Below, in pieces: positions 51,101 to 62,896 of a stretch of 64,000 nt of DNA (position 1 is the stretch's first letter; the number at the start of each line of letters is the position of its first letter). The notes beneath the pieces were generated by a model, which searched no databases, had not been told where the DNA came from, and saw only the letters and a list, made by a program, of their open reading frames with translations. A program made the position numbers and the translations under genes. Source of the DNA: Balanoglossus misakiensis (taxonomy: Eukaryota > Animalia > Hemichordata); assembly GCA_040954595.2 (NCBI GenBank), contig CM082589.2, forward strand, positions 858,690 to 922,689. The letters run 5' to 3'.

Positions 51101-54100
51101 ATTTGCGCCAGTCTCTTACGTAAATTTTCCAAACACTGGACCTAGCAAAGTACCACCAAAACCTTCAGCCCCAGTCACCATAGCTTATTAAGATATTTTA
51201 CGGATGCACGGCTACCATGGTTACAAGGACATACCGCGTGGTTATTCCTGTAAGGATCACCTTTGGAACGGATTCAGATTCAGATTTTTGCGTGTGGCCG
51301 GGCTGACTTTGATACCAGACAACATTTAGTCTGGGCCTAGACAGACACTTAAAAATACACAAGGATATTTGTTTTAATTTCCGCAGGTGTGCGGATCGAG
51401 GTACGTGCATTGTCACAGGTACGACCGGCGAGCGTCGTGTTTAATACTAGACACACACTCAGTATCTATAGGTCCATGATCTCTCTCCTCGATCCATACT
51501 CACCTTCAATCAAGCATCCAATCTTAATCGCCCAATTAGTGTTAGTACGGCCACCAAAACACATATTCTACGCATGCCCTATAAAAAGGTCAGGGTCTTC
51601 TGCCATTCATGCATCGTCTACGCTAAATTACTTGAATCACTGCAAAAGTATAGCACACTCTGGTCTGGCTAGTTACAGTCAAAACACAGTAATATACATT
51701 GTACTTCTCTCTGACGAGTTTACAAAACCGCGAAACTTCGTATGGAACGCGTGAAACGCGCAAATAAAAGTCTTAAACGCTTTCTCGAATGGTGCTTAAT
51801 GCAAATTTTGGATTATTCTATCTTAGATTAGGAATAAGAATTTCGAATAGGAGCAAAATTGCCTCAAATTTTAAATTCAAAATGGCCGCCATCGGAAATT
51901 TGCCGGATGTAAGCCTTCATCTATAACAGTGTGCACTGCAACTCGATTGTGTTGCATTATGATTGCATATTTCCAGCAATGCAAACAACGACATCTATCA
52001 ATCTGCATTCAACATTCTTATATTGATCAGAGTTGAGATTTGATGTAATCAATTTGCAGCCACTCGACGGTGATACATTTATTTATCCCGCTTGGACGTT
52101 AAGTGCAAAGCAAACACTGTTTGGACTCGAACCTAATCTCTGCCCCGCTAATTATTATCACAAAATCGATTAATGTTCTCATTAATATGTCGGGTATGTG
52201 TAGATGCCGTCGGCTGGGGGACCCTGCTCGGTACATTGCATGTTAAAATGAAGTGTTTTTTACACCACTGTTAACTTTTTTATCGGTTGTGTGATAACTT
52301 TTGAACTTTTGCGTAAAAGACGGATCAACGGGAACGTTTGATAAGTACATACCCATCTTTCAGTGTTAAGTGGGCGAGACGCGAGCGGCTAAAATTAGAT
52401 GTCGGGCAAATGCGTAACATTTGTACGGTGTTACGCTCAGCGAATCTGCACTATGTACATTGTGCGTTGTGCATGACTCGGTTCGTTGCAAGGCTTTGAC
52501 GCGTGTGGCAGTCACAGGCAGAGGAAAACATCGAGGTTTGTCAAGACCAGAAGAAATTCAACCAGAAAGAGAAAAAAATATGAAGGAGATGTGTAATACC
52601 TCACTAAAATATTATTCAATGATAAAAAAAGGGCGAGTTGACAGTCACGTGACGAGCCAGACTAGACAGTCAGATTACCGCGTTTTGATAGCTCCAACTG
52701 TGACATTGCAATGCTTCCGTGGTCTATCTGGGGTACATTTCTCGGTAGTGCAGACGATTTTAGTTCTGATATAGGGTGGGAGTGAGGCACCTCACGATTT
52801 ATGTACTTTTTAATAACGGAATATCCCAACTAATGCCGTGTTTGCGTTTTCTAAATCCGTCGGTAATACACGGAGTAACAATACTTAAAGGCATTAAGTT
52901 TTTCCAATCCAATGTAATCAATCACATGACCTCTAAACAGTATCACCTGTTGACAACACAGGTTCAGTTTGATTTGACTGAAACACCGCTAATGATCAAG
53001 TCTTAAAACAAAAGCAATTGTAGACACACAAAGGATTATTCATGAAGTACTTTACTTGCAAATTGGAAATGTTGTACCTTTAGCATCACTATCTATGGCT
53101 TACAAAGTGAACCATCTTTGTGAAAGGGAGTTTGGACACGATTTCGGAAGTGGCCCATTTGTCACTGCCAATTATTTACATGTTTCTATAACTGTCTTTG
53201 AAATTCCGTCTTTGGATACTGGATTTTGTTGTTCTTTAAGACGCTGGCCAATGTCCTTTTCGAGTCAGTGCGTAGTTAAATCTGACGACCTTTTTAAAAG
53301 TTCGAGGGGCACTAAATTCCAAGCCTACTATAGAACACAGGAAACACATGGGGTGTTGTTTACTACCGGGTACTTCTTGCAGGATTTCATGAGGTGAAAA
53401 TCTTTCTAATTAAGTCAGTCAGTCATTCAAAGTACTTAATTTCGTGCGATCACGTGCGAAGGGTATCATACAAGTTGTAATGACCTCCGGACTAATTAAA
53501 AGAGCGGACGGATATTTGCCTGCGCGCGGTTCCTTGGTTGTATTACGGTTCAATACGTGTGAAAATTTGTATACGGCGTTAACAACTACTTGTCACATAT
53601 TTAAAAGACTGGACTATTTGCAATTCACAACTTCATCAACACACCCCCTCCACCACACACACACAAATACTTGCAAGTCCCACAACACAAGCGTATGTTC
53701 CAAAACCTGCACTAGATTTACCTTTCGCAGCAATAAAAGGCCAAATAGACTTCCCACCTGGTCAACGGGTCGTCTTTTTGTAGTCTCACGATCGCGAAGG
53801 ACACTACTTTTGGCCTGTTTGCCAGTTGACTTTATGACTTCAATGTTTTGTTGTTCATGAAATCTGTTTTTGTAGCAGTGGTTAAAATCAACTGAGTATT
53901 TTACGGGCCACGGCTCTGCTTCAAAGAATTCAACGTTACTTTGACGGGTTTTTCCTTGTGTGTGGGATAAACGCGTGGTCGTGACTTCCCTGGGACAGGA
54001 CAGCTCAGGTTGTTGTCCGAGTTTTTTGGCTTAGTGAGATTGATGGTCTCGTCGTGGTTATTTTTAGTGAGTGTTAAGTTATCAAGGCCAGGGGTGTGCG

Positions 54101-57100
54101 ATGATATCATCTCGAAGCACATCTGTTGTGACGTTCCTGTGTGGTGCAGCGCTCGGCTTCACCTCTTAGATTAGCCGCTCCATTTGTTGCCATACATTCT
54201 GTGGTACGCGAGTTATTCAAGGTTGGCCGTTGTTTTGACGGCGGGTGTCTGCTTTGTGACCCGCTGCAATATTCAAATCAACGTCTTCAAGAGTGAAGGA
54301 ACAGGCACTGTTTAAGTACGTACACTTCATGTGTATCTTTTACTATTTCTAAAAAAAAGTATGTCAAGTTGTGTGTGACCAAGTATGTCAGGCCGCGTTC
54401 TCTTGAACCAAGAGCTTTAATGACATCAGGGTCATCTTCTAAACCAGAACGTGTAATCGACTTGATGGATATGGTCCATTTTTTGTTAGGCGATTTTTTT
54501 CTGACCGATGTTGACCGCTTGGCTGAAGGCAGGCACTTTGCATACAGAAACGTCTAGCTTGTAAAGGACATATAGACAGCTAAACAGATAGACCGACAGA
54601 CAGAGACCACAATATCTATTCTAAAATAGCCGAGTTTTCAAATTGTGCATTTTCGGTTTTTGTTCGTATATGCAAGGTTGCCTAGAAGGTCGTGGTGTAG
54701 TAATCGTCGCGACTGACTGGCAAAAAAAACGTGCAAATAATTTGGCGATTCGTCCTTGACAACTGGCTTTTTGTTTGTTACTTGCAATGGCTTGATTTGC
54801 AGCCATAAATTTACTAAAGATATATGGTCTGTTCGGAAGTTTTCAAAAGTCATCCGCGTACGACAACAGGATCTGGTTGGAGGTTTTGTCAAGTTTTCCC
54901 TTGCGAGAACGGGTTGGAGTCAGAACATTGCCTGCTGTACATTTGCATCGGGTACTGTAGTTCTAACAGTTTCCCAGCGCGGACAATAAAATGATCCATA
55001 AAAATAGAAATCTTATACGAAGATATAACCGCACACCTGGATATAAAACCTGCTGGGAAGTACACATTCTTCGAAGTTCGGATGCAAACTGAACTTTGGT
55101 TAATTAACTGAAGTTGACAACCGCACCTTGAAACATCTGGTCTCCATTTGGCGTGATACATCAAAATATAACATCAACGACAACAACAAAAAGGGCATAT
55201 AAATGCCAATCAAATTCATGAATGAGCTTGTGAATAGTACATCTCGGCGTGGGAAATACTGTGTCCACATAAAATACATATCAACGGTATCATTTCAAAC
55301 TGTCCGATGTTCACTTTATCTTGGAAATATTTAAAGTTCACCGAAACCGCGACTCGTGTTATTTATGTCAATGTGACATAGACACAGAGATTGGGATAGA
55401 TTTATACAGACTCAGTGAGATTTCCCAGCGACTTAAAGTCTGTGTTTGTTAATTCTCTACTCAAGGGCAAACGGGGCTCTTTCTGAAGGCTTGTGTGAGA
55501 ATTGTAATACGATCTATACACACTGTCCATTATTTTGTTTGCTAAAAGCCAACATTTCAACTTCTGTGAACCGTAACAAAGTTGTTGTCGTCGTCCTTTT
55601 TCTTCTGAAGATGATGGATAGATCGAAGAGTGGCTCCTCTAAACAACTCTTCTGTGTGATCATATACTTTCACGACAATGGCGTCTTTCAGGGGTAATTT
55701 CCGGCGACGCCAACGCTCGATAGTGGCGACAAATTCTCGTTCACAGAATATTTATCAATATCTGCCACGTTTTTGGAAGAATATAGAGTTAAAAGGTATG
55801 GATATTGCGATTGAGTCAATAAAAAGCCCCGAATTATTTTATATTTTGTGAAATCAAGCTCAAGATGTTTGCGGAACGTGACAGAATTTACATATTCAAT
55901 TTCGGAAATTCTCAAGTTGACAGCGAATCCGACGACAAACTTCATTTGTGCACGAACGGTAACTACTTCACTCGGCTGACGTCAATTTTCTGATAAGTGG
56001 AAACGTCCCGCCAATTGTAAAGTGAATGATAATGAAGTTATGCTCAATTTATTTAGTGGAAATCTCCTTTCTATTTACCGGGCCAATTTGGTCCACTGAA
56101 CTGACCGCCGACATTGCCACCTGTTGAATGAGTCGCCAGCTCTTCACATATTTCCTATTGCTTGTTTGAATTCCATCCATAACCCGTGCAACGGGAAACC
56201 GCTGTCTTTTCTCCGGGTCGCGTATCTCAAACAATTTGACTTTCGGTGAAGTTTTGATCACCGCTCAGAATTTTCCACCCACTTGTCAAAGTGGAATTCA
56301 CAGAGACGTTAAAGCTGGATTGAAAGCGACAAATCCCATCCGGTAAACAAAACCAGCCTTCAGGCGATGAGATCGATTTACAAACGGCCACCCAAACACC
56401 CGCCCTGCCTTCAGTAAAGATTATTTTTGGTCACTGTCTTCTGAAGACTGTCAAAGTTAGCGGTTATCGATCGACAGCTGTCAAAAGAGCCTGGTCCCTG
56501 ACTTTGGAAATAGTTTCGCCTCTGCCAGCTGGCCCACACTCAGCGAGGACCGCGGTGTCAGACAGCGTGTCGAAAAACTATCGATTTTTACTTCACATTA
56601 TTCAGTTCCACATATCACATACAAGTAGGAATACACCATGACTAAATCACAGTTGCCCCTACACGATCAATGAGTAAATCTGTGCATGGACAGCGGAGCA
56701 TATCCTTCGGCAGGTTATGCGCTAAAGTTATAAAATGGAATGTGGGAGATTCAAATTTCAGAATGCTATTATCTAAGCAAGTGGATAGAAACCTTCAGGC
56801 TAGACCTTAGGTATAGATATATTGAGACAACGACCACGGGCTTCTTTTGTACTGTCGGTTTATTTTTGCGTTTAAAAGACGAACGTGTCTGGTTTCCAAT
56901 CCGTATCAAAGAAAAGAAGGGAACAGTTATCCACCTGGCCCACAGTGATCAAAATTCGCAATCGCACGTGCAAAAGGATAAGAAAAATCGAGTGACCAAA
57001 TCGTTTAATAATTCCCACGGAACGTACCCGGCCCACAAAAATACATAAAAATGCATAATTTATGTTCTATTTGCTTTTTTTCTTTCTTTTACTCCATAAA

Positions 57101-58819
57101 TCATCCCGATTCAGTCGATTAATAATTTCCTCATAAATTACAGTTTTATGAACTCTCAGTCACTGCGAGTACTGAGGCTGAACGTTGGACATTTTTGGCT
57201 GCATGGCTACCTGCTAACACGCGCACCCGGACCACGATGAAGTGATGTAACAAAGGAACTTCTCTGGTATGAGTCTAGAACGACTTTTGGCCAAAAGAAG
57301 AGACAAGTTTGAAGAGACCAGAGGTCACCCTGTTTTTTCACTCGCTTTGTCTGTCTGTACAACTTAAATAGTTCAGCTTTTTAATAGTAGTCTCTTCTCA
57401 TGTAATGCGCTGTGACAAAGCGCTCATACGTTCATTCGCCTTCTCCTTTTTCCAATTTAAGAGTCCCATAAGTGATGTCAAGACCTCCGTTCGGAATAGC
57501 ACTGATCGAAATAACAAGATCTTGGGAATTACAAAGGCACTCTGAATGCTACGAATTCTTCGCCGATCACACTTGGCTTCCTTCATTCTCTGTCTCCATT
57601 CTTTACTTGCCCCTCCGATGGGCATCGAGTCACATGACAGCCCACAAAAACCACCCACTTGTAAAATCACATATGCATAGAAACAGTAATTTATTTTCTG
57701 GCTCGGAGGGTTGGTTTAAGCTCCATGGTTGCTTGAGGGGGCATTGACTGCAGCTCTCACTCGCAAGAGGGCGCCCTTCATCCACTTTCACCAAAAGATA
57801 CAACTAAACTGGTGAAAACAATATTTTTTTTCGAATTTCATTGGGATGAAAAAGTCTAATTTGATTGGTATTCTGTTATTGTCTTTTTAGCTCAAGTCAC
57901 AGTTGGTGTTTCGGGAGTTTTTGACCATGGTTAGTCTCAAAACTTATGTGTGTTGCATTGTGGTTCAAGATGCAAAATATGCATAGCTTTATATTGATAG
58001 ATCACATTTCTCTAAATAAAGAACTACTAAGCTACGAGCTTCCGCTAGCTATTTGTTTTAAGAAAAGGCATATTATATGACATAATACACACAAAAGCAA
58101 CTGAATAAACACGGCTACATTAAGCGAATTCGAAGAAACCAAACCGCACCATCTCACGTCTGGCAAATTTCACAAACTCGGTGGCTTGGTGGCGGCCATG
58201 TTGAGTGTGACGTCATAGTATGTTATATAATGAAGTCAAATCTATAAAATCACGCAAATTGTGTTTCTCTTCCTTTTAAGTTATCGCGTAAGACTCTTTT
58301 TAAAAAAATTAATGGTAGACATTTTTGGAAGGGGACAGTAGCTGTAAATGTTGTTGTCTTAATTTTTTACTGCCTATCAACTTCAATTACTGCTCTGATC
58401 GCTCTAAAATTAAGTCTAAACTCCAGTGTACTTGGTTTATCATGGCCTTTATTGATATTTATGGCAACTGAACTAAGCCCGGATGGGTACATTAGCTAAA
58501 CACAAACCGTGCGGATAAGCTGAAACCGAGTGTTTCTCAAAATTGGCCGAAGTTGCCGAGAATGGCTATATTGATACTCGAAGCACAGGGCAGTTTTGCA
58601 TTGCGTATTGAGTTGAACAATAAGATGAAGTCATTGTTGTTGATACATAGGGATCACATAGAGAAATTAAAACCAAGAGTTACAGCTAATGTCCCTTTAG
58701 AGCTGCATCACGTGACTTTGTAGTCTGGTTTCGTGACCAGAGCGTGGACGCTGCAACCACAGCAGTGCCAGCCAGCGGTTGACTGATACATGTTTGCTGT
58801 TTGTTTTCTCCACTTGTAG

Positions 58820-58993
58820 AATGTATGATTGGCGGCTGTAAAACCTGTTCCACTTACAATGGCTGCATGACGTGTCGACCACGCCTTTTTCTACTACTCC
58901 ATCGGAGTGACATGAAACACATCGGTATTTGCACGCATGCGTGCCCCATCGGTTACTATGGACACCGAACGCCAGAAATGAATATGTGTTACA
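58820..58993 (+). CDS. RSPO: R-spondin exon 2, furin-like repeat 1 (ZNRF3/RNF43-binding)
   Basis: [57 protein letters not shown] aligns with RSPO2 (NGC..C..LF...R.GM.Q.G.C..SCPSGYYGHRAPDMNRC). Acceptor TTGTAG|, phase-1 donor A|GTAGGT. Confidence 0.93.
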
Positions 58994-59126
58994 GTAGGTA
59001 ATTTTATATGGAATTAAAATCCTATTTTGATGATGGTTTTAAAAGCAAACAACTTTTTGGTTTTCGTTTCTGCAGATTTTCCAAGTTCTAGCATGGATTA
59101 CATAAAATTGGATTGTTTTTTTTCAG

Positions 59127-59276
59127 GGTGTCGGGTTGAAAATTGCGAAGAGTGCTTCAGTCGCAACTTCTGCACGCGCTGTTCATCGCCATATTATCTG
59201 TTGAGTGGCAAGTGTGTGGACACCTGCCCAGATGAAATGTACCCGGATGAGAAAACTGGGGAATGTAAACGCTCAG
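59127..59276 (+). CDS. RSPO: R-spondin exon 3a, furin-like repeat 2 (LGR-binding), copy A
   Basis: CRVENCEECFSRNFCTRCSSPYYLLSGKCVDTCPDEMYPDEKTGECKRS; TTTCAG| acceptor, |GTAAGC donor, phase 1-1, 150 nt. Confidence 0.93.
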
Positions 59277-59340
59277 GTAAGCAAAGGCACCACAAACGAT
59301 ACTTGTAGATACTAGTACATGTAACTGTGCTATACAAAAA

Positions 59341-59503
59341 CCATCGTCGTCGTCATCACCACCACTACCATAAATCATCATCATCACCACCACCATCACC
59401 AACAATAACAACCCATAACCGCCACCACCAACAACAGTAACGACGACAACAACAACCTATCACTACCACCACCGCCGCCGCCACCACCATCATCATTAGC
59501 ATT
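59341..59503. repeat. Compound triplet repeat (CAC/CAT/AAC/GAC/GCC) between R-spondin exons 3a and 3b
   Basis: About 160 bp of imperfect trinucleotide repeats seen directly. Confidence 0.9.
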
Positions 59504-59555
59504 ATTGTCGGTTTTGACGTGAATTGTAAGGCACTAACGCATGTATTTCTTTCAG

Positions 59556-59705
59556 GGTGTCGGGTTGAAAATTGTGAGGAATGCTTTGGTCGGAGTTTCT
59601 GCACGACTTGTGCACCCCCATATTATCTATGCAATGGCAAGTGTGTGGAAACCTGCCCGGACGATACCTATCCAGATGAAAAAACAGGCGAGTGTATACC
59701 AACAG
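59556..59705 (+). CDS. RSPO: R-spondin exon 3b, furin-like repeat 2, copy B (tandem duplicate)
   Basis: CRVENCEECFGRSFCTTCAPPYYLCNGKCVETCPDDTYPDEKTGECIPT; branch point CACTAAC 59532-59538, TTTCAG| acceptor, |GTAAAC donor, phase 1-1, 150 nt. Confidence 0.85.
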
Positions 59706-60037
59706 GTAAACAGCCCTGCGAACAATATTGTCACACACAGCATCATGTAGATTTTTAGTCTTTTCGACACACGTGTTATAGCAAGCGTCTTGCGAGTCGA
59801 CGTGACGCGACGCGATGTGAGATGCGAAGCTACTCTCCACACATAGCTCGGTATTTTTGCGCTTTTTACAAAACTTACTGAAATAATAGTCAAAAGTTAC
59901 AACTACTGTTTCTGAAGATTAAATCGGCTAAAATTCTAGGAATGAAACATGAGAAAAGAACACACGCTGCACCTGAAAATAACACACAACCATTCTTCAC
60001 ATTTACCCACGAATAAACTTCTGAATCTTACTTACAG

Positions 60038-60223
60038 TTAACTGTGACGTATCCACGTGGAGCGCTTGGGGAATCTGCCACAAAATGGGGAAGACATGCG
60101 GCTTCAAATGGGGACTGGAGACGCGCAGCAGAGTGGTGTTGGTACAGCCTTCATCCTACGGCAGACCTTGTCCAACAATTACAGAATCGAAGCAATGCAA
60201 AATGAAACCTAGACACTGTGCAG
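60038..60223 (+). CDS. RSPO: R-spondin exon 4, thrombospondin type-1 domain
   Basis: (V)NCDVSTWSAWGICHKMGKTCGFKWGLETRSRVVLVQPSSYGRPCPTITESKQCKMKPRHCA; TCGFKWGLETR is as in RSPO2. TTACAG| acceptor and CAG|GTGAG donor. Confidence 0.95.
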
Positions 60224-60240
60224 GTGAGATTTCGTCTTTA

Positions 60241-60267
60241 CATGCAAATTATCCATGCAAATTATCC
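60241..60267. repeat. 13-bp tandem duplication CATGCAAATTATC x2 (each with octamer ATGCAAAT)
   Basis: Seen directly, 17 nt downstream of the TSP1 exon donor. Confidence 0.85.
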
Positions 60268-60646
60268 GTGTATATGCATATGTTCAAACGCTGATTTGCA
60301 ATGACGTCACTGGTTGCCCGTATTATGTAAAATTGCCTCGTTCATATTCACATATTGTGGATAAGCAAAATTATATTAAATGTATTACTTTAAATTTAAA
60401 TTAGGTCTATTCAAGTTCACCAGAATCGTATTGCTATCTCGAATGTTTGTTTTCTTTTTTTTTACTAAAACTGCACTCTTTATGCAAAGCAGATCAAACT
60501 TGCGCAGGCAGGTTGTGGTAAATGTGCTATTTGGTTGCTCAAAGTTGACTCACTTGCACCCTGCCTGCGCATACATCACTTAGCTAAAAACTAACACTCC
60601 ACTCATCATATTTGGTTTCCATGTGATACTACCAACGTCTTCACAG

Positions 60647-60864
60647 ACTACCTCAACAGCTCAGAACCAAAACTCATCGACGACCCGAAGAAGAAGAAAA
60701 AAGAAAAAGAACCGGAGAAGATCAACAGGGACAAAAGAAGGAGGAAAAAGAACAAGTCTAAGCGCAGACGACGAAACAGGGCTGAGCGAAAACGGCGACG
60801 AAAAAATCCCAGACGGTCCGAGAAAAAACGAGAAAAGATCCAAAGGCAAACATTGACGGCGTAA
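60647..60864 (+). CDS. RSPO: R-spondin exon 5, basic C-terminal tail
   Basis: TCACAG| acceptor, phase 1: (D)YLNSSEPKLIDDPKKKKKEKEPEKINRDKRRRKKNKSKRRRRNRAERKRRRKNPRRSEKKREKIQRQTLTA*, stop TAA 60862-60864. A K/R-rich tail is typical of RSPOs. This is a different frame from ORF 60623..60856. Confidence 0.85.
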
Positions 60865-61830
60865 TTCATTCATGAAAGTTTGGAAATTCGTTATAACACT
60901 GCCTGTAAACTTCCAAAATCGTGACTTGCAATTATGACATCACAAATACAAATACGACACGCCTGTAAGGTCAAGTTCTGGATGTATAAATGCGTGCGCA
61001 AGGATTTATTGCCAGAAAGTTCGCGGTGCCTTTACAATACATGCTATAAGCGAATGTGAGTGGATAAACCGTCAAGAGTGTCTCCGTGCGGAAAACAAGT
61101 GCCTGTATCGATGATCTGAGAACCTTGATCGAAAAGGTGTCTCACGAAGGAGTGTTGAACTTTCCGCGGCTGCCGTCAACAACGACTGGAACAATACAGT
61201 ATCATGTTGTGTTTTGTTGTAAATATTAACAGAAAAAAAGCGGCGGAAGATTTTGAATAAATGGATATTCATTATGAATCTACATTTATCACGACTATTA
61301 TCTGTATCCACTCGTAAAAGGACATGGCTTTGTTCATGCCTTTCTTATAATTTGTATTCTTGTACAGTAATTTGTAACTGTCTCCAAAACTCCTCAGTAT
61401 TACTTTCGTCAAAGACGTACACTTCTTGTAAGTGACCGAATTTCAGATTCGAGAATGTATTTTAACGTCAAATTTACCACAGGACACATCTAGCGATCGT
61501 GATGAAAACACATTTCAAAATCCAACGCAGTAACATTCCCATGAAAACAAAATAATAATGCAATGAGCTTGAGAGGGCGCTATTCTGCGTCCTTGCCCCT
61601 TTTAGTTGTGCGAAAATCCGTCTGGACAGATTTTCGCGAAACAGATCAAAAACATCGACAAATTAAAATTTTAATAATCATATATAATGTAAATAGTTTT
61701 GAATATGCTCAGTTATGTGTAAGTTTTACTATATTAACGTTTACCGAAGTGTGAACTGTACTTTATTTAAATCAAATACAGAAGTACCTTTGTCAGTATT
61801 CATTGACAATTTCTTTTTACGTTAATGTAG

Positions 61831-61868
61831 AATAAATACAGTTATTTGCGATAACTGATCATAATAAA
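61831..61868 (+). terminator. Probable R-spondin polyadenylation signals (AATAAA at 61831 and 61863)
   Basis: Two AATAAA hexamers about 1 kb after the stop codon, just before the oppositely oriented eIF3e signal. Confidence 0.5.
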
Positions 61869-61897
61869 GTCTGTAACAAACAACCATGTGTCAATGC

Positions 61898-61918
61898 AGA
61901 GAGAGAGAGAGAGAGAGA
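61898..61918. repeat. (AG)n microsatellite between the convergent 3' ends
   Basis: About 10 AG units seen directly. Confidence 0.95.
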
Positions 61919-61954
61919 CTGACTCACTTGTAAGGTTCTTCAATATTACAATCT

Positions 61955-61960
61955 TTTATT
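61955..61960 (-). terminator. Probable eIF3e polyadenylation signal (AATAAA)
   Basis: TTTATT on the plus strand, 230 nt beyond the eIF3e stop, with (CT)n downstream on the minus strand. Confidence 0.55.
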
Positions 61961-62189
61961 CCTCTTTTCTGATATTTTCTTGTACATTTAGAGATTGCCA
62001 GAGAACAATGAGTGTTTTCATTCTGGTGTAAGAATGCTTTTGCAGGTGACAGAACAAATGTGGTTACATGGAAATAAGAGAAAATGCTAAAATTGCCAAT
62101 AATACATTGAATATAAATGTTTTCCTAGATATCTTGGCTTTCTTTGCAATACACTTTGACTTCCAGACATTTCTGAGGTTTTATCTTTC

Positions 62190-62228
62190 TCAGAATCCAT
62201 GTGCATCAGGTGCACCCCAATGTGGAAC
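62190..62228 (-). CDS. EIF3E: eIF3 subunit E, last coding exon
   Basis: TTTCAG|VPHWGAPDAHGF*; compare human APNWATQDSGFY. Confidence 0.85.
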   Translation of the reverse strand, partial: VPHWGAPDAHGF

Positions 62229-62368
62229 CTGAAATCAAACAAAAGAATTTTTTTTAATTTGTTGATTTGACATTTTGCACTTTGACAATCTGCAAGTTAT
62301 TTTCTAATGGTGACAACTAAATGTTCATGTCTGAATATGCAATCATGGAGCCCTGAACATCTACTCAC

Positions 62369-62524
62369 CGAAGATGAAGAATTTTGTGAAGAAGTCTGTT
62401 GTTTCATTGCCAGTTTCTTCTCTACATTCATGGCCAACATCTGACTGCGAAACGAAAGACCTTTTGTCTTCTCAATGACTTGCTGATAAGCTGAAACTGC
62501 TTGTGTTCCCATGACAACATGACC
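62369..62524 (-). CDS. EIF3E: eIF3 subunit E exon
   Basis: [38 protein letters not shown]...SSS; CAG| acceptor and |GTGAGT donor. Confidence 0.93.
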
Positions 62525-62653
62525 CTGATGAAAAATTCAAAAAAGTCTCAACATTAAATATTCATAAGGGTTTACATGATCACAAAAGGTTAAAGTATTT
62601 TCATTTGAGTGATTATTTTCAGATACCAAGAAAAACAAGATTCATCAGCTAAC

Positions 62654-62756
62654 CTGCTTTGAATCAATCTTCGCATCCAACCGGGCGTTGCGGATCAGAT
62701 TAACAATCCACTTTTCCGCATCATCTGGTGTCATGTTCAATTTCTCTGCTAGCATG
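62654..62756 (-). CDS. EIF3E: eIF3 subunit E exon (PCI domain)
   Basis: [34 protein letters not shown]; 103 nt, canonical splice sites. Confidence 0.96.
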
Positions 62757-62896
62757 CTGAAATGATAACGTACATTTGTAATATAGGATTTAAAATCATT
62801 AATGGTTAATAGATCCTGTACTTTAGGTCTAGAAAAACAGTCTCCACAATTATAAAACAAAAGTACAACTGGTGTAGCCATAGAGGGCAGTCTTAC

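Noticed and set aside
51711-51745. Second hammerhead-like string CTGACGAG...CGAAAC..GTA
   Set aside because: Stem II needs a bulge next to the core, stem I does not pair, and there is no retroelement context.
51780-51893. AAATTCAAAATGGCCG shared exactly with 5212-5227 (YY1-like)
   Set aside because: Probably a fragment of an interspersed repeat; boundaries and family cannot be defined from this window.
58996-59001. AG|GTAATT as the R-spondin exon 2 donor
   Set aside because: Phase 2 is incompatible with the phase-1 acceptors; A|GTAGGT at 58993 restores the C-x-R-C junction.
59157-59604. Poly-V/M/D/C ORFs on the minus strand
   Set aside because: Translation artefacts of the triplet repeat and antisense R-spondin exons.
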